64,000 nucleotides of DNA from an uncultured Verrucomicrobiales bacterium (GTDB taxonomy: Bacteria; Verrucomicrobiota; Verrucomicrobiia; Verrucomicrobiales; Akkermansiaceae). The stretch is taken from NCBI GenBank assembly GCA_937928545.1, contig CALGJQ010000029.1:1-64000 (forward strand). Reading direction: 5' to 3'. The notes beneath the pieces were generated by a model, which saw nothing but the letters and a program-made list of their open reading frames with translations, was not told the DNA's origin and made no database searches. Within the stretch, counting starts at the first letter, position 1. Every line of letters starts with the position of its first letter. Positions 1 to 9,300 of this stretch are shown piece by piece. The position numbers were made by a program, and so were the translations under genes.

Positions 1-80
1 AAGGGCTTTGCGCTGGTTCTCAGCAGGTCAACAGCTCCTTTGCGGAACTCCTCAGTGTAAGTTGGTCTGATCTTTTTCAT
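1..80 (-). mobile_element. IS3-family transposase OrfA, N-terminal fragment that runs off the left edge of the window
   Basis: The reverse complement of 1..80 translates to MKKIRPTYTEEFRKGAVDLLRTSAKP, which resembles the N-terminal HTH start of IS3-family OrfA proteins. The ORF continues beyond position 1. Confidence 0.5.
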
Positions 81-121
81 GGTCTCAATTCTAGTTTTTA
101 GAACTGAGCGATCTTTGTCCA

Positions 122-358
122 TCAAATCGGGGGAGCTTCAATACTCTCTCCGGGGGTGTAGTCCGGATAGACTGCGTCCTTTAACTCATCGGTGCTCAAG
201 CCCAATCCATGGTCACGATAGGCCCGCAACTTCGCGCGGCGATCAGTCTCTCGCAAAGCAAAATCAACGGCCTCAGTCTTGGTCTTGAAATCATGAGCCT
301 TCATGATGTCCTTCAAAACTTTTTCATCGATATGTAAGGTCATTTTCATGCCATACAC
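122..358 (-). CDS. VapB-like antitoxin (ribbon-helix-helix / DUF2191-type), with no PIN toxin partner visible
   Basis: The N-terminus MKMTLHIDEKVLKDIMKAHDFKTKTEAVDFALRE matches the VapB/DUF2191 antitoxin pattern. The downstream neighbour is a transposase fragment rather than a PIN-domain toxin. Confidence 0.5.
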   Translation of the reverse strand: MYGMKMTLHIDEKVLKDIMKAHDFKTKTEAVDFALRETDRRAKLRAYRDHGLGLSTDELKDAVYPDYTPGESIEAPPI

Positions 359-895
359 AGTATGGCTCCGTGTAAGAAAGGCAATAAAAATTAGTCTTCG
401 CTCCCAAACTGAGGGGGGGAGAAGAGGATGTTTGCAACGAGAATTGCCTGAAATAGACGCTCTTCAGGGCAGCTGAAGTATATCTCCGATTGATAGTCGT
501 AGTGCTTGAATTTCATGTCCTCCAATTGGAAATGGCGTGAGCCTCCCATCAGATCCATAAAAGTTCGTTTCGATTCACTACCAGTTATAAACGATTGTTT
601 CCCAAAATAACTTTTCTGAAACCATAGTGGGAAATTTGGGCGGGATGAAAGGTCGAGAGTGCTCTTAGTGAGCGAGAAATGAAATTTCCACGACTGGATC
701 AATTGGCCGTTCAGATCAGAAAGCCCGTAACTCGCACTTTTTTGAAAGAGAGACTGCTGAGATTGGAAAGAGAGCACGAAGGATTCGATCCGGTTAAGGT
801 GGACGGCAGCTGATGTTCTGTTCCCAGGCCTCTGCCAATCTCCTTGGTTCTTTTGCAAAGAGACTGCACCACGAAGCTGCTGGGTTGGCATGAGA

Positions 896-1936
896 TTAGA
901 GAGTGGAAGCAGCGTCTCGAACCAAGCGCTCGGTAGTCTCCCAATCGATGCATTGATCGGTGATGGATTGGCCGTAGGTGAGTTGATCGAGTGGTTGAGG
1001 GAATTTTTGATTTCCATCGACGAGATGGCTTTCGAGCATAGCTCCGATGACGGATTTGTCTCCGGTGGCGCGTTGGCGGACGATTTCCTCGAAAACGGCG
1101 GGCATTTGTGCAGATTTTTTTCCGCAGTTGGCGTGTGAGGCATCGACCATGATGGCGGGGTCGAGATTGTTCTCGAGAAGGCGGTCGCGGGTTCGCTTGA
1201 TAGAATCGGCGTCGAAATTTGGGCCATTGTCTCCACCGCGAAGGATGAGGTGGCAGTGAGGGTTTCCGGCAGTCGAGACGGCGGAGGCGATGCCTTGATC
1301 TGAAACCCCAAGGAAAGTTTGAGGCTGTGAGGCGGCCTTGATGGCATTGATGGCTGCGACGAGATCGCCTGAGGTGGTATTTTTGAAACCGAGAGGCATC
1401 GAGAGACCTGATGCCATTTGGCGGTGCGTTTGACTTTCAGAAGTGCGAGCGCCGATGGCGGACCAGGAGATCAGGTCAGCGATGTATTGCGGCGTGATAG
1501 GGTCGAGGAGTTCGGTTGCGGTGGGGAGACCGAGGCTGAGAATGTCGGTGAGGAATTCCCGTGCCACGGTGAGACCTTTGTGAATGTTGTCTGAGCCATC
1601 AAGGTTTGGGTCCATGATGAGGCCTTTCCAGCCGACGGTGGTGCGAGGCTTTTCGAAGTAGACGCGCATGACGATGAGGATTTTTTCTTTCACCTCTTCA
1701 GCCAAAGCGGCGAGCTTTTCGGCATAAACACGGCAGGCGGCGGTGTCGTGAATCGAGCAAGGGCCAACGATGAGGAGGAATCGAGAGTCGGGGACGAAAA
1801 GGGAATCGCGAACGGCCTCTCGAGATGAAAGGACAAGCTGAGCTTGCGAATCAGTGCGCGCGACCTCCTGCATGAGGATTGCGGGAGAGGGTAAGGGAGC
1901 GTTATTGAGAACGTTGACGTCAGAGATTTCGGCCAT
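896..1936 (-). CDS. 3-deoxy-7-phosphoheptulonate (DAHP) synthase, class I
   Basis: 346 aa with LLIVGPCSIHD, KPRT and other class-I DAHP synthase motifs. Confidence 0.9.
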   Translation of the reverse strand: MAEISDVNVLNNAPLPSPAILMQEVARTDSQAQLVLSSREAVRDSLFVPDSRFLLIVGPCSIHDTAACRVYAEKLAALAEEVKEKILIVMRVYFEKPRTTVGWKGLIMDPNLDGSDNIHKGLTVAREFLTDILSLGLPTATELLDPITPQYIADLISWSAIGARTSESQTHRQMASGLSMPLGFKNTTSGDLVAAINAIKAASQPQTFLGVSDQGIASAVSTAGNPHCHLILRGGDNGPNFDADSIKRTRDRLLENNLDPAIMVDASHANCGKKSAQMPAVFEEIVRQRATGDKSVIGAMLESHLVDGNQKFPQPLDQLTYGQSITDQCIDWETTERLVRDAASTL

Positions 1937-1997
1937 AAAGCGGAGAGTCTTGAGTTTTCGGGTTCAAGTATCAAGCCCGTCTTGATAGAGATAGGGC

Positions 1998-3068
1998 ATG
2001 CAAGCGAAAGGCCTACAACTCCTCGAATCTCTGACACAAGCCCACAGCATCCCCGGATATGAAGACGAGGTGAGAGAAATCTTCGTCAACGAACTCCGTG
2101 AACACGGTGAATTGGGGAGTGATCGGAATGGTTCGGTCTATTGTTCAAAAGGGACGAATGGCCCGAAGGTCCTTGTCGCGGGGCATATGGATGAGGTGGG
2201 CTTTCGGGTGCAAAATATTCTGCCCAATGGATATCTCAAGATGGTGCCAGTCGGCGGGTGGTGGGGGCATACCTTGCTCGCGCAGAGGGTCGAGGTGAAG
2301 AATAGCCATGGAGTTAAGATTATCGGGACGATTGCTTCGCGCCCTCCTCATTTCCTCTCTGAAGCGGAGCGAAACAGTGTGATTGGGGTTCCCAACATGT
2401 TTGTGGATATTGGCGCGCGTTCTCGGAAGGAAGTAGAAGATTGGGGGATTCATCTTGGAGATCCGATTTGCCCGTGGAGTCCATGGACGCCGATGCATCA
2501 GCCCGATTGGTATATGACCAAGGCTTTTGACAATCGGGTCGGGATGGCTGGAGCGATTCAAGTGGGGCAGGGAACTGCACCAAGTAATTGTCAGTTGATC
2601 GTGGCGGGCTCGGTTCAGGAGGAGGTGGGACTTCGCGGGGCTAAGACTTTGGCCAATGTGACAAAGCCCGATGTTGCAATTGTGCTTGAGGGGCCTCCAG
2701 CTGACGACACTCCAGGAATGCCGATTAGCGAGGGCCAGGGAGTGCTCGGAGGAGGTGTTCAAATCCGACTTCATGACCCTAGCGCAATTATGAATCCTCG
2801 CTTGGCGCAGTTTGCGATTGATATGGCAAGGCAGGAAGGAATTCCACATCAGGTAACCGTGAGAAACAGTGGGGGGACGGATGCTGGTTCATTTCATTTA
2901 GCGAATGATGGTGTTCCTTCGGTCGTTTTGGGAACGCCTGCTAGATATATCCATTCTCACAATGCCATCATCTGTGCGGCGGACTATCATGCCATGGTCG
3001 CTCTGACTCAGGCCATGGTGAATCATCTCGATGAAGAGGCCGTGAGCGGGTTTTCTCGCTACATATAA
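1998..3068 (+). CDS. M42-family glutamyl aminopeptidase (FrvX/YsdC-like)
   Basis: Carries AGHMDEVGF, DNRVG and QEEVGLRGA motifs typical of M42 peptidases. Confidence 0.85.
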   Translation: MQAKGLQLLESLTQAHSIPGYEDEVREIFVNELREHGELGSDRNGSVYCSKGTNGPKVLVAGHMDEVGFRVQNILPNGYLKMVPVGGWWGHTLLAQRVEVKNSHGVKIIGTIASRPPHFLSEAERNSVIGVPNMFVDIGARSRKEVEDWGIHLGDPICPWSPWTPMHQPDWYMTKAFDNRVGMAGAIQVGQGTAPSNCQLIVAGSVQEEVGLRGAKTLANVTKPDVAIVLEGPPADDTPGMPISEGQGVLGGGVQIRLHDPSAIMNPRLAQFAIDMARQEGIPHQVTVRNSGGTDAGSFHLANDGVPSVVLGTPARYIHSHNAIICAADYHAMVALTQAMVNHLDEEAVSGFSRYI

Positions 3069-3123
3069 TTTCTGAAGATAATTATAATGGAGCTAGTTTC
3101 CTAAATCTGATTTCCTCTGCACT

Positions 3124-3753
3124 GTGAAGGAGATTTGGGAACAGGCGTTTTTGATTTATAATCTGCCACTGACACTTTTGTTGGGGTTGGTTGCTGTTTT
3201 TTGGATCGTGAGTCTTCTTGGAGTTGCTGATTTCGATACCGAGATGGACCTCGATCTGGATGCAGACGGAGATTTGCAGGGTGGTGAGAGTGCTTTTGGA
3301 GTCCTGATGAGGTTGGTCAATGCGCACGATGTTCCGCTCATGCTGGTTCTCAGCCTACTCACTCTTTTTATGTGGCTGATCTCGATTGCGAGTAACTTCT
3401 ATTTGAACTCTGGGGAGAGTGGTCTTGTTGCTTTCGGACTTTTGTTCGTCAATTTCATCATCAGCGTAATTTTTGTGAAGCTCGTCACGCAGCCGCTGCG
3501 TCCGATGTTTCGTTCAATTAGGAATGACAAGGAACACCAAGAGCCATTGATCGGATCAACTGGTTTTGTAAAAAGCCGGGTGCTGGATGCGGACTTTGGC
3601 CAGTGTGAGGTGATTCGACCGAAAGGTGCACCAGCGTTGCTTAACTGCCGACTTGCTGAGGGTGAGGAACCGCTCGTCCGCGGTGACGAAATTTTAGTGA
3701 TCGGCCACGATGACGACACCCGCAAATTTATTATTAAACCAATCAAAAACTAA
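3124..3753 (+). CDS. NfeD-like / YqiJ-type membrane protein (flotillin partner)
   Basis: N-terminal TM helices, an acidic stretch and a C-terminal OB-fold-like region. It sits immediately upstream of the flotillin gene, the classic NfeD-SPFH pairing. Confidence 0.6.
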   Translation: MKEIWEQAFLIYNLPLTLLLGLVAVFWIVSLLGVADFDTEMDLDLDADGDLQGGESAFGVLMRLVNAHDVPLMLVLSLLTLFMWLISIASNFYLNSGESGLVAFGLLFVNFIISVIFVKLVTQPLRPMFRSIRNDKEHQEPLIGSTGFVKSRVLDADFGQCEVIRPKGAPALLNCRLAEGEEPLVRGDEILVIGHDDDTRKFIIKPIKN

Positions 3754-3763
3754 AAACTGAATT

Positions 3764-5821
3764 ATGAAAATGCATGAACTAATGCCCCTCGCTCTTGCTC
3801 AAGAGCTCGTTGTGATCGGAGGGATTGCGCTCTTAGCGCTTATCGCCGTTGCCGTCTTTCTTCTGATGACCTTTTACCGAAAGGTGGAGAAAGGAACGGC
3901 TCTTGTCCGAACTGGTTTCGGTGGAACCAAGGTCTATTTCAATGGTGGGGTCGTTTATCCCGTTCTCCATCGGATCGATCATATGGATATTTCGTTGAAG
4001 CGGATCGAGATCGACCGGACCGGGAAGAATGGTCTAATCTGTCAGGATAACCTTCGGGCAGATATTAAAGTGGCCTTCTTTGTCCGCGTGAATAATGCGG
4101 CAGAAGATGTCCTCCGCGTGGCTGAGTCGATTGGTTGTGATCGTGCCTCATCCGAAGATGAGATTCGTGCTCTCTTCGACGCGAAGTTCTCTGAAGCTCT
4201 CAAGACGGTTGGTAAGCGTTTCGAGTTCATCGCGCTTTACGAGGATCGCGATACTTTCCGTGACGAGATTTTGAAAGTGATCGGAACCGATCTTAATGGC
4301 TTTGTTCTTGATGATGCGGCGATTGATTACCTAGAGCAGACCCCGCTCTCGATGCTGGATCCGGACAACATTCTTGATGCCGAAGGTATTAAGAAAATCA
4401 CAGAGCTGACTGCGGCGCAGGCAAAGCTCGCGAACAATATTCAGCGCGACAAAGAAAAGGTCATTAAGCAGCAGGACGTCGAGGCTCGTGAAGCAATTCT
4501 TGAGCTGGAGCGCCAGCTTGCTGAAACCGAAGCGAAGCAACAGCGGGAGGTGGAGACGGTTCAGTTCCGCGAAGAAGCGGAGGCATTAAAAGTGCAGGAA
4601 GAAGAGCGTCAGAAATCTGAACAAGCTCGTATTTCTGCGGAGGAAGAAATTCAAATTTCAGAAGAGAACAAGCAACGCCAGGTTTTGGTTGCGCAGCGGA
4701 ACAAGGAGCGCACCGACGGTGTCGAGCTGGAGCGCGTAGAGCGTGATCGCATGCTTGAAGAAATTGAGCGGAAACGTGCGACTGAGCTGAAGTCAATTGA
4801 AGCTGAGAAAGTGGTTGAGATTCAGAAGAAGGAAATTCAAGAAGTGATCCGCGAGCGGGTGGCTGTTGAAAAAGGAGTCGTTGAAGAGCAGCAGCGAATC
4901 AAGGATACCGAGGAATTTGCGACTGCAGATCGATTCAAGCAAGTCACCGTGACGACGGCTGAGGCGAATGCGCAGGAAGCTTTGATCAGTAAAATCAAGG
5001 ACGCCGAGGCTCAGAAGGAGTCTGCTCAATTGAAGGCGGATGAAGAGGCTTACACGGTCGTGAAAGAAGCTGAGGCAGCCAAGACCGCAGCTGAAATGCG
5101 GGCATCGGAGCGAATCATCCAAGCTGAGGCCGAGGAGACTGCAGCTGAGAAGGAATCATCTGCGAAGAAGATGCTAGCCGAAGGAATCGCAAAAGAAGCC
5201 GCTGCCGAAGGTATGGGCGAAGCCGAGGTCCTCCGGGCTAAGGGAACTGCTGATGCCGAAGTGGTGCGTGCGATGGGTGATGCCGATGCTAATGCGATTG
5301 AGCAGAAAGCGGCTGCGATGAAGCTCTTTGAAGAAGCCGGACAGGAGCACGAGGAATTCAAGCTCGAGCTTGATAAAGAGAAGGTCATCGAGCTCGCTGA
5401 GATCGATGTGCAACGTCAGATTGCCGAGCAGCAAGCTGTCGTGGTGGGTGAAGCGCTTAAGTCGGCCAATATCGACATCGTCGGTGGCGAGACTGAGTTC
5501 TTTGACCGAATCACCAAGGCGATCACGACTGGTAAAGTGGTGGATCGGACCGTCGGAAACAGCCGCGTCTTGGATGATGTGAAGGAGACTTTCTTCAATG
5601 GGGATCCTGAATACTTTAAGAGTCAGTTGTCTACCTGGATTGATGACTTTGGAATTAAGACGGAAGATCTTAAGAATCTAAGTATTAGTGCCCTTCTTGG
5701 CGACCTAGTCGGCACCGCGAAAGGTGAAGAACGGAAGAAGATCGTCGGTATGCTCGGCGCTGCGGAGAGATTCGGAGTGGGTGAGATGAAAGCTGCTGAG
5801 TTGATTAAGAAGCTTGGGTAG
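3764..5821 (+). CDS. Flotillin-family SPFH protein (YqiK/FloT-like)
   Basis: N-terminal TM, an SPFH domain (GFGGTKVYFNGGVVYPVLHRID...) and a long E/A/K-rich coiled-coil tail. Confidence 0.85.
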   Translation: MKMHELMPLALAQELVVIGGIALLALIAVAVFLLMTFYRKVEKGTALVRTGFGGTKVYFNGGVVYPVLHRIDHMDISLKRIEIDRTGKNGLICQDNLRADIKVAFFVRVNNAAEDVLRVAESIGCDRASSEDEIRALFDAKFSEALKTVGKRFEFIALYEDRDTFRDEILKVIGTDLNGFVLDDAAIDYLEQTPLSMLDPDNILDAEGIKKITELTAAQAKLANNIQRDKEKVIKQQDVEAREAILELERQLAETEAKQQREVETVQFREEAEALKVQEEERQKSEQARISAEEEIQISEENKQRQVLVAQRNKERTDGVELERVERDRMLEEIERKRATELKSIEAEKVVEIQKKEIQEVIRERVAVEKGVVEEQQRIKDTEEFATADRFKQVTVTTAEANAQEALISKIKDAEAQKESAQLKADEEAYTVVKEAEAAKTAAEMRASERIIQAEAEETAAEKESSAKKMLAEGIAKEAAAEGMGEAEVLRAKGTADAEVVRAMGDADANAIEQKAAAMKLFEEAGQEHEEFKLELDKEKVIELAEIDVQRQIAEQQAVVVGEALKSANIDIVGGETEFFDRITKAITTGKVVDRTVGNSRVLDDVKETFFNGDPEYFKSQLSTWIDDFGIKTEDLKNLSISALLGDLVGTAKGEERKKIVGMLGAAERFGVGEMKAAELIKKLG

Positions 5822-5835
5822 GGGAGTTTCTAAAC

Positions 5836-5863
5836 CACGAATCGACACGAATTATCACGAATC
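5836..5863. repeat. Left arm of an inverted repeat flanking the GxxExxY gene (CACGAAT x3, cacgaattatcacgaatc)
   Basis: Seen directly in the sequence. Its reverse-complement partner lies at 6272..6289. Confidence 0.6.
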
Positions 5864-5870
5864 CCTACCG

Positions 5871-6248
5871 ATGCTGGACTTAGTATTCAAAAAGGAGTCC
5901 TATGAAATTATAGGAGCTTGTTTTGAGGTCTATAACGAACATGGGAATGGGTTTCTGGAGTCAATTTATCATGAGTCACTTATTCTAGAGCTTGCCTTCA
6001 AGAAAATCCCTTCTGTTTCTGAACCTCGTCTTGAGGTGAAGTATAAAGGCCAACTCTTGAAGAAGACATGTCGGCCTGATTTCGTTTGCCACAGTAAGAT
6101 CATTGTTGAAATTAAAGCGGTAAGGGAGCTTACGGACGAACATCGAGGTCAGGTTCTTAACTACTTGAAGGCAACCGGTTTTAAGCTGGGCCTCTTGGTG
6201 AATTTTGGAGCAAAGGACGAACTTCAATATGAACGTATCGTCCTCTAG
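5871..6248 (+). CDS. GxxExxY-family protein (PD-(D/E)xK nuclease superfamily)
   Basis: ESYEIIGACFEVYNEHGNGFLESIYHESLILEL matches the GxxExxY (TIGR04256-type) signature. Length is about 125 aa, and the start is placed at MLDLVFKK inside the longer ORF 5814..6248. Confidence 0.8.
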   Translation: MLDLVFKKESYEIIGACFEVYNEHGNGFLESIYHESLILELAFKKIPSVSEPRLEVKYKGQLLKKTCRPDFVCHSKIIVEIKAVRELTDEHRGQVLNYLKATGFKLGLLVNFGAKDELQYERIVL

Positions 6249-6271
6249 AATCCAGCAAGACCACCAACCAT

Positions 6272-6289
6272 GATTCGTGAATATTCGTG
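6272..6289. repeat. Right arm of the inverted repeat flanking the GxxExxY gene (gattcgtgaatattcgtg)
   Basis: Its reverse complement, cacgaatattcacgaatc, matches cacgaattatcacgaatc at 5846..5863 apart from a 2-nt swap. Confidence 0.6.
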
Positions 6290-6394
6290 CAGATCCGTGG
6301 TTAAACCAACCAAAACCAAAGCCCCAACTCCAATCATAAATCCTCAACCCAGCTTTCGTTTATTTCGTAAGTTTTGTGGTTGGCCTAATTCCAA

Positions 6395-9300
6395 ATGCCA
6401 GAAGAAAAACAACAGTTAGAAGGCGGTGCCTATGAAGTGATCCGTGCTCGTCTTGAGAAGGGCGGGGGAGAGCTTCAGGCCCGTATGACCGCGCTTAATG
6501 CCGAACGGCAAGAAGTGTTTGGGGCCGTGGAGACTGAGTTGGTTTCGACCGAGCGAGTTTCGACGGAACATAATTGTGTTCCTCGTGACATTATTGCGGT
6601 CGGGGCGAACCGCTTTATCTTTGGCTACAATATTCAGTTTGGGCTGAAGGCGACGACGAGCATCGAAGATGTTTTTGCGGCTTACGATTACGATCCCGAG
6701 TCGCATTCGTTTGCGGCAGCCAATATTTCCGAGGTCTTGGCGGATTCGAGTTTCTTGGAGGATTTTAAGTATCTCTTTAAATACTACCGTGAAGCGGTTT
6801 TTGTGAAGTTCATGGTGATTGGGCCGCATCTCTTCATGGCGATGCGGATTGGTAAGGCGATCACCGACCTCAAAGCCTTCAAGTGGTTGATCCAAGGTGA
6901 TGGAACTTTGGAATATCTGGGGAACCGCTTTGATCATGAATATCAATTCCCGCCACAGCAGGAATTTGAATGGCAGCGGGCGCATCGCGATATGCAGCGC
7001 TCGGGAGAGCATCCGCATATCTCGATCGAAGATCGGGTCTTTGTCGAGACGGTGGGCGGAGATCTTACCATTAAGGTGGAGGATAATACGGCCACTGGAG
7101 CTGGGGTTTACCAAGAGCCAGTCACGGAGCTGGATCAAACTCTGGATGATGCGGAGATTCTCTACGCGACGGTGGGGCCATTGATTTTGTTGAAGATTCT
7201 TCCTTATCGGGAAGAGCTGCATCGTTATCTCGTCTTCAATGAGAAGACCCAATCGGTGCATCGGATCGATGCGATTGGTCATTCCTGTGTCCTGCTGCCA
7301 GACGAGCAAGGACTCATCTTTTCAAATGGTTACCTCTTGCTGACAGGAGAGTCTAAAATCTTCGAGACCGATCTCACTGACATGCGCTTTGAGCGGCGAG
7401 TTCTGAGTGCTAACGGGGAGGATACCCTCTTCGTTTTCTACAATCGCCTCAGTGGAGATTACGTTCTCCTTTCCTATAACATGATCAGTCAGTCGGTCGA
7501 GACACCGGTGATCTGTAGTGGTTATTCACTCTTTCCAGATGGGCGAATGATCATTTTTCGAGGTGAGACCGAGGCTTCGAAACATCATGCTTTGCAAATT
7601 TGGCAAACATCTTATCTCAGCGATGAGGTTGCCTCTAGCCAAGCCACGAGTGGTGAATCTTTGCTTTTTAAGATTGGCAATGCCGAGCTGGTGCGCGGGA
7701 TGGCGGAGTGTCGTGAGGTGCTGACCTTGCTTCGCAAAGACGATAGCTACGGCGATCTCTATTTAGACCTAAGTAAGAAGACGGGAGATATCATCGACTC
7801 GTATTTCTGGTTAGGACAAGAGGAGGCTGGTGATCTGGCGGCGCCGTTGAAAGACATCCGAGGTGCGGCCACGTCGGCGATCGATGAGTTTGAGAAAGTG
7901 CAAGGGCTGCGTCGTTCGACAGGTGAACGCACGAAGGCGGTTCGCGAAACAGCGGGGGAACTTCTGCGTGCGATTCGTCACTCACCGGCAGACGATATTT
8001 TCGGTTTTGTGCACCATCTTGCCGAATTACGAAAGAGCCGCGGCGAGGTCATCGGCTTGCGCGATTTGCGTTATGTGGATGAAGCTCTGGTGGGAGAGCT
8101 TGAAAAAGAGATCGTAGAAGCAAGCGAGAAGACGGCGGGTAAGACGGTTGAGTTTTTGTTGAAGCCTGAGGCGCTGGATCCTTATCTGAAAGCGGTCGAG
8201 GAGCAGGAAGCCCGCGTGCCTAAGTTGGCAAAAGTGGTGGAAGCTGATGAGGTCGTGGAGTCCTTAGACGCGGCCGGTGGTGAGCTCGAGATGCTGATTG
8301 ATATTGTCGGGAATCTAAAGATTGAAGACGCCACGCAGACCACGGCGATCATCGATAGTATTTCTGCGATTTACTCGACTCTGAATGGGGTCCGAGCGGG
8401 GCTTAAAAATAAGCGGCTCGACTTGGCGAAGGGTGAAGGTGTTGCCCAATTTGGGGCGCAGATGAAGCTGCTCAGTCAGGCGGTGGTGAACTACCTAGAC
8501 CTTTGCGATACGCCCAAAAAGTGTGAGGAATACCTGACGAAGGTGATGGTTCAGTTGGAAGAGCTTGAGGGGAAATTCTCAGAGTTTGACGACTATGTGG
8601 AAGAGCTTTCGGGTAAGCGTGAGGAGATTTACGAGGCCTTTGAAAGCCGTAAGCAGTCGCTTTTAGAAAAGAAGAACCGCCGCACGAATCAATTGGTGAA
8701 ATCTGCGGAGCGGATTCTTTCGGGAATCAAGAATCGCTTAGAAGGATTCAGTGAGATCAACGAGATCAATGGCTACTTCGCCAGCGACCTTATGATTGAG
8801 AAGGTTCGCGACATCATCGAAGAGCTTACGGAGCTGGGTGATGCGGTGAAGGGTGATGATATTCAGACGCGGCTCAAGACCACTCGTGACGATGCCGTTC
8901 GCGCGCTAAAGGATCGTAAGGAACTCTTTGTCGATGGGGAGGCGATCATCAAATTTGGAAAGCATCGTTTCTCGGTCAATGAGCAAGAATTGGAGCTGAG
9001 TATCGTGCCGAAGGAAGGCGAGATGTGCTTCCACCTGAGTGGGACGAATTTCTTTGAACCGGTGACGAATGAGGAATTCCTCGCGACCGAGTCGGTTTGG
9101 GATCAGGAAGTGATTTCCGAGACGAATGAGGTTTATCGTTCCGAGTGGTTGGCTTACCAATTTCTGCTGAACGGGGGAGATCAGACGCTGGAGCAATTTA
9201 TGCAGCCGCGCTATAACGAAGGTTATCTTAAGGGTGTACATGATTTGGATGCGGCAAAGCTCATTGAGGCTCTCCGACCAATGCAGGAAAAGGCGGGACT

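Noticed and set aside
391-1347. 318-aa ORF on the minus strand
   Set aside because: Its upstream two-thirds (896..1347) is out of frame inside the well-supported DAHP synthase gene, with Ser/Pro-rich composition typical of an overlapping frame. Only the 391..895 part is kept as a possible feature.
2145-2849. 234-aa ORF antisense to the M42 peptidase
   Set aside because: It lies entirely within a strongly supported gene on the other strand and has no motifs.
4464-5434. Several antisense ORFs within the flotillin gene (4464..4796, 4793..5122, 5050..5388, 5174..5434)
   Set aside because: These are products of the codon-biased E/A/K-rich coiled-coil region. The apparent protein-level repetitiveness is not a DNA tandem repeat.
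6416-7309. 297-aa antisense ORF inside the giant AAA gene
   Set aside because: It is embedded in a long, coherent coding frame on the opposite strand. Other antisense ORFs inside the giant gene, such as 8906..9481 and 10598..10957, are rejected for the same reason.
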